Source: Octopus bimaculoides (lineage: Eukaryota). From it: a stretch of DNA of 35,926 nucleotides. The translations under genes were made by a program, and so were the position numbers. Each line of letters opens with the position of its first letter. Position 1 is the first letter of the stretch. Positions 20,986 to 32,370 of the stretch are shown piece after piece. The stretch is taken from positions 25,768,222 to 25,804,147 of the forward strand of contig NC_068987.1 of NCBI RefSeq assembly GCF_001194135.2, in the 5' to 3' direction. The notes below the pieces were generated by a model. The model made no database searches, was not told where the DNA came from, and worked only from the letters and a program-made list of their open reading frames with translations.

Positions 20986-21541
20986 ACAAATCGTACAAAA
21001 CTGAAAAAAATTAATAAGCATGAAAACTGAAAAAAATTAAACATCTTATTGAATGTAATAACATTTTTGTAACAAATCATATCATGCTTACTGAGGAGGC
21101 CAAAAGTCGACATTGCGTTGAAGTACTGAATCAAAAGGATATAACGCTTTCAATCCAATCTTTTGTCGCCACATAAACTCAACATTTTAGTGGGGAGATA
21201 GCCCAATCTTTTAATGGGGGTGAGATAACCAAAAAGTACCATGCATGCTATTCGATGATCTACCGACTGCCTCCATATGACTGAGAAAGCAAAAAATGGT
21301 TACATCTATAATTACTAGTCTATAATTACTAGTCTGATTGAATCGGCATCACCAATATTTAAGCAGCAACTATGACAATTCTCATATATGACTGACCTCA
21401 TGCTCGTCCTTTTAGCTAAGTCTGTCACGAGTCCAAAGGCCAACAGGTAGGTCAGAGCTTATCGTGAGTGGTTTGAAATATTATATATTGCAGTATAATT
21501 TTCATTTTATATGACTAGACATGTTAAGAGCATGAGTAGTT

Positions 21542-21595
<54 letters not shown>
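21542..21595. repeat. (GTA)n microsatellite
   Basis: About 18 perfect units at the 3' end of a minus-strand SINE-E. Confidence 0.97.
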
Positions 21596-21776
21596 TTTCC
21601 GAACGGATGTCAATTTCCAGCATCTACTGGTGGTACTAATTTCTAGCTGAGTGGACGGAAGCAGCGTGAAATGAAGTACTTTGCTAAAGAATGCAACACA
21701 CTATCCTGTCGGAGAATCGAATCCTCGACATACCGATCGCGAACCCAACGCCCAAACAGCTAGGCCACGCGCCTTC
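21596..21776 (-). mobile_element. tRNA-derived SINE family E
   Basis: Reverse complement reads GAAGGCGCGTGGCCTAGCTG...GGATTCGATTCTCC...TTCACGCTGCTTCCGTCCACTCAGCT. Confidence 0.8.
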
Positions 21777-22296
21777 GTATAGATAAGACCAGACGTAAAA
21801 TGACTATCTATTTATCTTTCATATCTGTCTGTCTATCAATCTATCTATCATCTCTTTCTATTCATATCCGCTCTTTTCTGTCTCTTCTTTTAAAGGACTG
21901 CAGTGAACAGTCCAGCTGATCGTGTGTTGCGTCTTCTGAGGTAATTAATAACAAGCCACAGAAGCGAACGGTTCAATTCTAAACAATACACTGGTCTTCA
22001 TAGTGTAAAATGTGTTTATTACTCAACCTCTGCTTGCCTCCCAAAGGGGAACGAGGTTAGTAGTTTATGTCTAATTTACATGCCAAAAAAATATATAAAG
22101 AAAGAAAAAATTAAGAACTTTTTTTATAAGCTTTTTTATATCACTCTACACTTGTGAGACCGTCTCTCAGTTTTTCGTATAAAACCGCTTGTTTTAAAAT
22201 ATCCAGTAAATTAAAGCTGCCATCTATATTTTTTTAATGCAAGCACCATTGCTAAATTTTTCCAAATACCTGCACACTTTATTACTATCAAATCAT

Positions 22297-22480
22297 TTCT
22301 AACATAGACACAGAGCCAGATGTTTGGGGGAAATGGTCACAATCGATTATATCGACCCTGGAAAGATAAAAGGCAAAGATGACCTCGGCTAGATTTGAAC
22401 TCAGAATGTAGAGAGCCGAAATAACATAACACAAGGCATTTTGTTCGACGCTATAACGATCCTGCTAGTCCATCGCCCTT
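22297..22480 (-). mobile_element. SINE family C with internal deletion
   Basis: GATTTGAACTCAGAATG, GACCTCGG, ATCGATTATATCGACCC. Confidence 0.8.
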
Positions 22481-22844
22481 TGAATGGTCAAAATTAATAA
22501 CGAGGAGCTTCTATGCGATCTCTCGACCTGCAAGAAATAGCAGACAATTCTTCCTCAAGCCACAACCTACCATCTTAAAAGGCTACCACATTGGGTAATG
22601 TCCTAAGATATCCTAGACAATCCTGAAGGCAAGATAATGTGTTAACGGCTGGAATGTATTTTATCATTTGTCATCTCTTGCCTAAAAGCAATCTATTCAT
22701 GAAGAATAACATTACAAAAGCCGTCCAAAGCCTAGATCTAAAAGTTATAGAAACCTAATCTTTGTATTTACTGAGTAAATACGGTCAGCAAATTATTTTA
22801 ATGAAGTAAAAGAAAAGCGCAGATTAGCTGTTTATTTAAAAGTT

Positions 22845-23145
22845 AGTTTCGTAGTTCTGCGTCCGATTCTCCTGCGCATCTTGAGCAATGCCTTGTGAAT
22901 GAAATTAGGTTGACTGAAACAGCGGAAACTCATCGAACAACTCTGCGTTTGCGTGTGTGCGTATTTAGCTATGTAAACCGGTACATTAAATTGAGTAGTT
23001 TAGCTTTCCGTCATTCTAATGATCAATGGTACGAAGATCAAACTGAAATAAAAACTGGAGTCGATATGATCGATAGAAGCTCATTGAAAGGCGTGATCCA
23101 ATTTGCTCACAAGCCAATGGCTGAAATCGGTAATAGAATGAAAGG
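22845..23145 (+). mobile_element. Highly decayed SINE family B
   Basis: CATCTTGAGCAA, GCCTTGTGAATG, CTGGAGTCGATATGATCGA, GGCTGAAA remnants in family order. Confidence 0.55.
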
Positions 23146-23589
23146 GAATAAAAAAAAAATGATAGAAAATCCCCCAATTTCTCGTGATGTCACTGATTTA
23201 ATTAGCTTCTAAATTAGAAGCAAAAACTAAACCGTATCTAGTGTCTGTAGCGACCAATCCTTTCTACGCAATGACTTATATAAAACGCCCTAAACATCCG
23301 AGATTTGTCTGATGCCGTCTTCGGTTGATTTTAACCATGTCTGATGTCAAAAGCAACCTACGTATTTATTAAATTCTGACGTATGCATGAAGGACATATT
23401 TTAGGGAAAAGCGCAATCATTAAATCAGTTTTTGGTGTCAGTGCTTATTTTATTTTATCGTTCCCACATTCCCGAAACGATGGAAGACAATTGACATTGT
23501 CGTATATAAAATAAGCACAGTACGTTTTGAGTTCAAATCATGCTTGACATTCTGCGCTACCGTCTTTTCTATGACGAATGCACCGGATG

Positions 23590-24180
23590 ATGCAGACCAT
23601 GGGTTGTAGAAACACAAAAGTGGATCGAGCGCGACTGGAACGATTTCGATTTTGAATATGTTTGATCAGAATTGATCTGGGACTCTTCTGTCTCAACGAG
23701 TCCATCGAATGGCGGGAAATAACTAGTGCGCAGGGCTGCAGCGTGAGAGCTGATCTCCTTGATCCTACTAAGGGCCAAACAGCAATAACATTTTTGCCTC
23801 TGTCCCTTATAAAAGAAAATTTATCCGTATGCAATATGGCTTTATATATACGTATATATATAAAATTCTATTTCTTTCATATGTGTTCTCCTGTAACATC
23901 ACCATTTGCGGGGTTAAACTATATTTATTAATTGGTGGGTCTGCAGGTCATTCGGGGCCTATGGGAGGAAAGGATGAAATTATCTTCATACCAGAGACCG
24001 GAGCCAGTTACTTGCAACAGTAGAATTTCACTAAAAGTGCAGATGGTGATGTTAAACCACCTGTGTAACAGCCTCTGCAACGAGCTTCCACATAGTTTCG
24101 GTCTATAAAATTTGCCCAAAGTATAACGCAATAAGAAGCGGACTTTTTAGCCGTACAGCAATGTCTGCACTCAGACCTGA
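23590..24180 (+). pseudogene. Decayed DIRS-like tyrosine-recombinase retrotransposon fragment (MT-like domain then YR N-terminus)
   Basis: 23671-23811 reads IDLGLFCLN...D...FLPLSLI, compared with DIRS IDLFASRLN...D...FPPFSLI at near-identical spacing; 23953-24023 reads RGLWEERMKLSS..RP / SYLQQ*, compared with RGLSEEA.KIILSSWRPG..SYL.KW; by-eye alignment with stops and frameshifts. Confidence 0.6.
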
Positions 24181-24485
24181 TCACTTCAAATTACTTAAAC
24201 TGCCAAGATTAGGGTAGAAGGTTAATTATCTCTTGACTCTGATTGCGATAAAGGATTTTTATGTGATCTAATTACATCATTTTCAACACCTTTCTTAAAT
24301 TTAGTGTTGTATATGTTTGTTTGTTTTTATCTAACCATTATTTTTCTTATTTTCGTTTTCTTTTTCGAAAAGTAAAACTATTGGTTAACTCACATTATAT
24401 TACCCATTCCTCTTTCTTCTACTCACAATGCAGACTCTTTGTCGATTTATTGATTCTGCCCTCATGTTATAAATATCCTCTTCTG

Positions 24486-24668
24486 CTATAGGCACAAGGC
24501 CTGAAATTTTGGCGGAGGAGGTCAGCCGATCAGATCGACCCCAGTATGCAACTTGTACTTAATTATCGACCCCGAAAGGACAAGTCGACCTCGGGGGAAT
24601 ATGAACTCAGAACGTAATACCGCCAAGCATTTCGCCCGGCGTGCTAACGTTTCTGCCAGCTAGCCACC
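24486..24668 (-). mobile_element. SINE family C
   Basis: GAACTCAGAACGTAA...CTAAGC-like block, TTCGCCCGGCGTGCTAACGTTTCTGCCAGCT. Confidence 0.9.
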
Positions 24669-24716
24669 TTTCGCTAATGTTGAACTACGGGCGCAATAAG
24701 TGTGCTATCCCTTTTA

Positions 24717-24832
<116 letters not shown>

Positions 24833-24851
24833 TACTCGTTTCGATTATTGG

Positions 24852-25178
24852 ATGCTAGGGTTTAGTCAAACAGATCGATCCCACTACTTATTAAACCTGG
24901 TTCTTATTCGGTTGGTCTCTTTTGTCTAACTGCTAACTTACGAGAACGTGAACAAACCAACACCGGTTCTCAAGCGGTTGGGGGAAGAAACACACACCTC
25001 ACACACATACATATATACCTACGACGAGTTTCTTTCAGTTTCCATTTATTAAATCCGTTCACAAGGCTTTGGTCGGCTTGATGTTATATTGCAAGACACT
25101 TGCCCAAGGAACCACTCAGAGGGATTGAAACAGAAACTGTGTTATTGGGAAGCAAGCTTCTTATCAGACAGTTATGCT
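24852..25178 (-). mobile_element. SINE family B
   Basis: GACACTTGCCCAAGG, CACAAGGCTTTGGTCGGC, TTTCAGTTTCC. Confidence 0.85.
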
Positions 25179-27294
25179 TACATATAGAAGGATTTTCAAA
25201 GCCATAAATATTGTACGCGCTTAAAAACCCGCAAAGCCCCCTCTCAAAAGCTTTAAGGAAATAGAAAATTAAGAGTTGGACAATACAACGTCATCCAGTA
25301 AAAAAAAAAACAACAAAAAAAACAATGTCGTTTTAAAAACAGGGAATATATGTATTTTAGCTTAAGAACTCGGATCATAGATCACAAAAACCGAAAAAAT
25401 AACAAAACAATAATAAATAAATGGCTACTTGAAATTCCAAACTACCACCTGCGCCTGATGAATAAGGGAAAGGCCAGTGGAAAAGCTGAATTTCTTTCAC
25501 AACAAACATTTATATATGTTTTGTAGTATTGGATGGTGACGTGCAATCAGCTCTCGACGGATGTGCAAAGTGCGATTGCATTTAGCCAGATGTTCACACT
25601 TGTTCAGACGCATTCTTTTTTGATAGCTTTTGTGACAGACAATAGAACTTTAACCATTCTACAGTTAGCCACATGACTAAGAATTCTTTATCACCTTCAA
25701 TCAATATTGGAAATCGCCGAAATATTAGATAACTTAAACCCTAATGTTTGCGATGTCAACGGATCTCAAAATTAGTCAATTAATTAAAAAAAAAAAACTA
25801 TGCTCCATGTAATCGTTTATTTTAGGGACGAGACAGTCGTCAAAACGCAATCAGATTATAACCATCTTAAAATAAATATATGGACACCTTGGAGATTGTA
25901 ACCCACTGATAGAAAAAAAATGCCGATATGGTCATGGTTGGAACGCCTTTCGAAATAGGTGTGCTACCAGTTTCCGCCGCAAAATAGAGACAACGGTATC
26001 TCATCGGAGAAATGAACACAGCGAGGTGGAGTAGCTACCGCTGCGAGTGTTGCAAGTAATTCACCGCGGCAAGGTCATCGTGGTCATTACCACGGGGCGC
26101 GGCTGAGATCCCCATTTATTCTGGGGTGTGTGGCACATCACCTCCTCCTCCATCATCCGCTGCTTTACTCCCTCATCTTTTTCGTTTTCTTTTCTTTTCT
26201 CTCTTCTTTCCTTCTTTTCTTTTTTCTTTGCATTTAAATGTTCTTATAAAATAAAAACGTTACAGTAATATGTACCCCGAATAAAATCAATTGAGAATAT
26301 TGCCTGTGATGTATAAACAGCGAATCCAAAAACGCGGTCTTCGACACTTACAAGGCTTTGCCACATTGAAGTGGATCTGGTGTAGAGGGCTTTTTCTAAG
26401 AGTTGCCTTCTCAAGCACCATGTAAAAGTAAATCTTTCAGCAAGCACCGAAAAGTATGTCTGTGCATTTATGTAGCTGCTGTTGTTACTGATAATATTAT
26501 TGTTACTGCTGTTGATATCAAACTCGAATCAACTGACAATTTGCCAAACATCCTATCTAAGTTATTTTATCATCCACAAGTTTTCCTTTCTGCCTTGTGT
26601 ATATTTTTCTTTCGGTCTGTATCAAAAGTTAACTTCTTTCTCCTATACCCCTTCAATTTAGCCTCAAAACATTATTGGCCATGGGTTGAAAAAAAAAAGC
26701 AGCAACGAAGATGCGGCTGAGCTGATAATAAAAAAGAAATTAAATAAAAAATAAAGGAATGAATAGAAAATATCATTTTTAAATGCCAACAATTTCTTGG
26801 AAAAGTGGAGTTAAGGGAATCACTCCATTCGGCCAGAATTCCTTCCTGTATAACTGAATGGTAAAAACAGATGAGTGCTGTTACAGCTGCTGTTGCTACC
26901 ACTACTTCCATTATCATCATTATTATCATCATCATCATCTCCGTGGTGGAGATGATGATGATGATAATAATCTGTCTGATTATGATGATGGCGATGATGA
27001 TGAGTGCGTTATAAATAGCTCTATGAAACAGAAATAAATGGAAATATTGAAATGTGACTAGTTTGAAAATATAATAGTTTGTTTCGTTTTGTGTAATTGC
27101 AGACATTAATTGCGCGTAATGAAGTAGTAGTTTCCGTATTTCTGTGATTAAACTTGTTCGTTTTCTATGCCTCAAAGTTACAAAACATTTCTGTTGATGT
27201 AGTACAAGTAAGTTCTCAGAGACCAGTCAATATCGAAGGGACCTATCAAGCAAAGACGATCCTATCGTGATCATCCTGTCCTTTTCATACCTTT

Positions 27295-27526
27295 AATATG
27301 TTCATCCGGAAAGTTCGTGCCGATTTTTAAAGGAAAGAAAAAGGTCAATAAATACTTGCCATTACATGTTTAATCGACCAAATATGAACCATTTTGTTGC
27401 ACAATGCGTCTCCATCATTCCTTGAACTTGAAAATACCCTCTTCCCAGAATTGAGGTGGTTTCATGGCAAATAAGTCTAAAGGTGAGCTACTATAAATCG
27501 GCACGAACTTTCCGGACAACCCAATA
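27295..27526 (-). mobile_element. Mariner deletion derivative retaining the transposase C-terminus
   Basis: Perfect 22-bp inverted repeat (27305-27326, 27495-27516); right end ...CAACCCAATA with TA; minus strand 27370-27477 reads DLFAMKPPQFWEEGIFKFKE*WRRIVQQNGSYLVD*, a typical mariner terminus. Confidence 0.9.
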
Positions 27527-29029
27527 CATTATTAGAAGTGTCTTTTTTTTTGTTTTTATTTTATTTTTTAAGACTCTAGTGTGTAATTTGAAAGAGATTT
27601 GGTTGATATTTCTAACAAGTCTATTTCCTTTATTGTTTCGATATCATATTCGTATACATAACTCTGTCAGTCCTGATTGGGCAGATCTACGCCCTACATA
27701 GTTTGATCAAACGACGAAGTATCATCCATACAAGTATTGTCCAAAATGTGCCTTCATGACTCGAAGCGACTTTTCCGCCTGCTAGAATTAAAATTAGCAG
27801 CCTAATCTTCATCATTCTACTGTCATTAAAAATAAATAAGGCATAGTAGATAATTCAGCAGTGAATGAATTATACAAAAAGCTAAAAACAGAATATTTCT
27901 TTGTCATTTTACTATGAGAGTTCAAATAATACCAGCATAGATGGAATAAGTTCCTGGAGAAATACTTAGGATCGATATAACTAACGGTCTTTTTCCTAAT
28001 ATATGTGCCCTTGGGCTTGTGTTAGAAACCACATTTATTCCCGTAGTCGTCACCATTATCACCGTCGTGCAGCTGACAACTGGAATGTTAATTGCTTTCA
28101 TCAAAACCTCAGGGTCTTCAAATTGAAAGATAAGACAAAAAGACGTGTAGTTGGTGCAGATTTACTTTTTCAACTTAAGGTTCCTCTTCGCGCGCGTGCG
28201 TGTGTGTGTGTGTGTGTGTGTGAGAGGAGGAACATACTGGGAGTAAATACCCAATGTAGTAAAGCTGTAGGCACGAATTAAGTAAATTGACTAGAAGAAG
28301 TCTTATCATTTGTGACGATATTATTATGATAGGTGGGGGTGGAAGTGAATTGTAAATGTGTGTGAACATATATTGCAAACCTCTAATAATTTACTCAACA
28401 ACACAAATTTATATGGTTTTAGATAGAGAATACAACCCAATTAAAATTTAAGCAAATTTATTACACTGACAAATGAACCAATAGGAGTTTGTCATCCCAC
28501 CATCACCACCATGCATTGAAAGAGAATTCACTCCAACATATTTTTGCAAAAAAAAAAAAAATAATGATAGTAAGTAAATAAATAAAACAGCCATGCTAAC
28601 GAACCTTAATATCTCAAATAGGTATACGAACATACAAGATAGCTAGATAATCATGTTTCAAACATATACTGGAGTGAAATATTATACGAGTTCTTAAGAG
28701 ATCTTAGAAACTCATGAAGTAGGTAAGATTTTCACATTGGTAAACTCTGTTTACCAAAGGTACCATTAGTAAATTAGAGAGAAAAAAGAAGAATTCTATT
28801 AAATAATGCAATAAAGCTGTCAACGATGGCAGCTTGCATGAGGCAAAAATGATTAACATTCTGTAAAACAAATATTTTTCGCTGTCCACAAGGCAAATCA
28901 TACAAACAACGACAGCCATGTGCTATCTGACCAGTACGCAAAAGAGGCAGATGCATTCCAATTTGTGAACTTGATAGAACAGATGTTCATATTGTTTAAC
29001 TCTACACGGTATTAAGTTGTACATATTTA

Positions 29030-29175
29030 CGAAGGCGTTCCAGCTTTGACCATCCCGTCTTTTACATATCTAGGACTACATTGTCCAAGATGTTATGTTT
29101 ATACTTGAAAGAATAGGTCTTGATTTGAGAAATCTTTGGCTGCTATTTCTTGCAGGATGTGCAACCACGGAGAGA
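29030..29175 (-). mobile_element. Dispersed repeat family D copy
   Basis: GGCGTTCCAGCTTTGACCATCC...TTTGGCTGCTATTTCT is the reverse complement of the family D motifs. Confidence 0.7.
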
Positions 29176-29692
29176 ATCGGCCGTTGGCGCACCCGACCCC
29201 TAATATGTAAACATTATATCCGATGATAGATGTAAAGCCAACTGTTTGAAATTTAGCTCTTTGTAACCCGCCACCCCAAAATATCTATCTCGTACCTCGG
29301 GTTAACAGTTAGCCACTATTGTTTTATCCATTTAATTTATATAAGCTTCTCCAGCCAGCAAGAGAGCCTCTGTATCATAGATCGTTCTGCTAAAAACAAC
29401 CACCGAATATCCATCAAAGCACACACGACAGAGGGGTTTCTTTTATTAAAAAAGATGTAATAGTACATTGGATAAATATAGTTCTCGATACACACGAGAC
29501 AGGCGTGGCTGAAAAACATTTGATCAAAGGGGTTATATTTATCCCCACTTAAATGTGGATGTTCAATTAGAACAAACTATACTGCGGTAGTTACCACGAG
29601 AGAAACTCGCTTACTGGCTTTTTGCTGCAAAATGCACTTTGTTTATATCGCTAGTTGGAGATAAAACCCTGCTACTTCCAGCACCGAGACTA

Positions 29693-29736
29693 CCAGAAGA
29701 CGTGATTTCGACCTTGTTTGGTCTTGTCACTGATGG
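29693..29736 (-). ncRNA. Decayed type I hammerhead-ribozyme motif (Penelope-like relic)
   Basis: ccatca-GTGACAA-gacc-aaacaa-ggtc-GAAA-tcac-GTC-ttctgg; helix II, GAAA and GUC intact; two changes in CUGANGA. Confidence 0.5.
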
Positions 29737-31111
29737 ATACTAGACCTAGAGGCAGCAATGATTCATCTCCCCGCCAGCGATATATAAATTGACAGTACCA
29801 GAACAGACGCTACTGTCGCGATTAGCCAGTTTGTTAAATATATATATTAGTGACCCCAGTAAAGTTTGTTCTGATAGAACATCCACGCTTCAGTAGGGAT
29901 AAACATTCTCGGAATTAATACCGCCTCTGTTGCTAATACATATTTGATCAAAGATCGGCTAGCTTGGGGTTGAACTGAGCCTCGCAACGACAGCAGCAAA
30001 ACCTTATTGTTCTTGCCAAAAGAAAGTCGTATTCTGGGTTTCTCGGTCTTTGATCACAGGAAAATATAATTATAGTTAAAAAAAAATCTGGGATATTGTA
30101 TTTGTAATTAGGAATTAGCAATAGTTTAAGCGTTCGTTAAATCTGAACACAAAGAAGTTAAAGAAATAATTTTATTTCTGGCATTTGTTTACTCTGTGTA
30201 AATGTCAGCCAGTCATACTTAATTGTAAATTTGTCTGGGAGAGGGGGAAAAAAAAAAACTAAGAATGGCTGCTGCATAGTAATGTGGGTGAACTCTAGCA
30301 TGCTTCATGTAGTATACTAAGAAATTTAAATTAAAATCACACATTTTAGTGATGGGATTGCATTTTGTGATAAAGTGGATACAAGAGGAGGCCAGAAAAG
30401 ACGCGCGAGTCAGGTGGGCCTGAGTGCTGAGGAGCAAATGCCCCTGTGGTAGCTGCAGAAAAATCGGAAGAGGAAACAATGAGGCTGGAACGTAATGGCA
30501 GGAGACTTAATACTAATCAGTCATATCTCTTATTTATTTATTTTTTTGTGCAATCTAAGAAGTTTGTGTAGTGGCAGCAATGTCCTGAATCTGAAATCTC
30601 CCCCACTAACGTTTGGTTATTATTTCTCTTAAAATGAAATATGTAGTTTAAATGTGACAGTTTGATGGAATCATATAGCGTTCATTTATTTTTAATTTCA
30701 CTTATACTATATCAGAAATAACAGCGGACGATAAATTCAGGCTTTCACTTTCAGACTATTTTATCTGTTAATTCCTACAACAACCCCGACCCCACCTATG
30801 CGCAGGCATATCATATATCTACAAATCAATCCATTAATCCTTTCGTTAGTCAATCTCTTAGTACTTAAGATTTTGCTATAGGAAATTGCTACTCCTTTCG
30901 CCGACTTTCTTGGAGGATTTTAACAATTTAGTTCGCTTTTATTCGGTCTATATTTCCATAGTAATAATCAGAAAACCATTAGATTAATTAAACGGTTTTA
31001 ATCCCGGAATTTAATGGATTAACTTGGCCTTTCACTGAGTCTTGCAGAGTCAATAAAATAAATTAGAGTCAAATACAGGCTTTGATTTATCTTCATAATT
31101 GTGTCGGTTCT

Positions 31112-31420
31112 TGTAGCAGAGTTAGAATTTATAATTAACAGCATTTCGTCCGCTTTCACGTTCTGAGTTCAAATTCTGTCAAGGTTGACTTTGCCTTTCA
31201 TTTTTTTTCTGGGTCAATGAAATAAGTACCAATCGAGCACTTTGGGCGATGTAATCGACTAGCCCCCACTCCGAAAATTTCAGTCCTTATTTCTTTAGTA
31301 GAGAGGATTATTATAAAGGCGGCAAGTTGGCAGAATAATTTGTATGCCGAACAACATGCTTAGCGGCATATCGTCTGCCGTTACGTTCTGAGTTCAAACA
31401 CCGCCAAGGTCGACTTCATC
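31112..31420 (+). mobile_element. Two tandem SINE-C copies (31112-31314 and 5' half 31318-31420)
   Basis: Both carry ACGTTCTGAGTTCAAA. Confidence 0.8.
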
Positions 31421-32300
31421 TTCACTATATACTTTAAATAGACTCAATATATTCTGAGTTTAAATTTCGCTGTGCAGTTTAGAGATTAAATTCGAAATGT
31501 ATACTGGGATTCGTTAATCAACTTTACCTCTCTCTCCCTTACAGTTTACTTTCTCTTGTTCCCGAAATACGCACGTAAACAATTCACTAACTCGTATTGA
31601 ACGATTTAGGCCATCTTGTGTACCTTTACCTCATGGACTACAATAGCATTAACACAAATGACATGGTCAATGTATTCGATTTAAAAGTGAGAGTAACTAT
31701 GAAATCAGGGGATGTGGAACTGTGCAAAACCACGTTGTGGGATTGTTGTTCAAGTCCTCCGTTTTAATATTGACAGAAATACATTATCCAATTAAATAAC
31801 ATCCTATGAAAAGAGAGTATCGAGCAAGCTTACATTTTTGTGTTTTATTTTTGTTCTAACATGCATTTACATGGTTTTATATATATATATATATATATAT
31901 AACCGCACGTGGATTGTTGGCAATTTTACCTTCTTTCTCTTTGGACTTTCCTCTTTCCGACGAAGAGCTATGTTCGAAACGTTTACAACTCACACCTTTC
32001 ACCGAGCGTCAAATTACTATATAGCTTGTGCACGTCCTCACGTTCGCTTTTTTCTTTTTCTCAGTTTTTAATTTTGTTCTTTGGATTGGCTATGCGTGCG
32101 CGCGCATACATACATACATACATATATATATGCATGCGCACGCGTGCATATATACAAATACGTATGCATGTATATATGCATATGTGTTTGCATGTTTTGA
32201 TTTTCACTTTAGATATAGAATGACATGAGAGCGAGAAATATCGTCAACTTGTATGGTATTTCTACAAATTTAACGAGGTGAAGCGAGAGAAATGCATTAT

Positions 32301-32370
32301 CCGCCATCTTGCGTGCGCTGAATTCAAACGTTTTCTATACCTCTATAACATAGATAACCATTTTCCCGCC
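32301..32370 (-). promoter_or_regulatory. Candidate promoter motif cluster: E2F, CHR, YY1
   Basis: Minus-strand order GGCGGGAAA (32362-32370), TTTGAA (32323-32328), CAAGATGGCGG (32301-32311); outside recognised repeats. Confidence 0.35.

Noticed and set aside
23441-23518. 13-bp inverted repeat GTGCTTATTTTAT
   Set aside because: Explained by two oppositely oriented SINE-C 3' fragments; no TSD.
28737-28757. 9-bp-stem hairpin TTGGTAAAC-TCT-GTTTACCAA
   Set aside because: One or two stems of this length are expected by chance in a window of this size and composition.
29523-30054. Three TCF/LEF-like sites (ATCAAAG, CTTTGAT)
   Set aside because: At least two lie in decayed family D copies, whose sequence already contains TTTGATCA.
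30210-30525. 8-bp direct repeat CAGTCATA around a purine-rich patch
   Set aside because: No terminal inverted repeats or tail; a chance match is likely.
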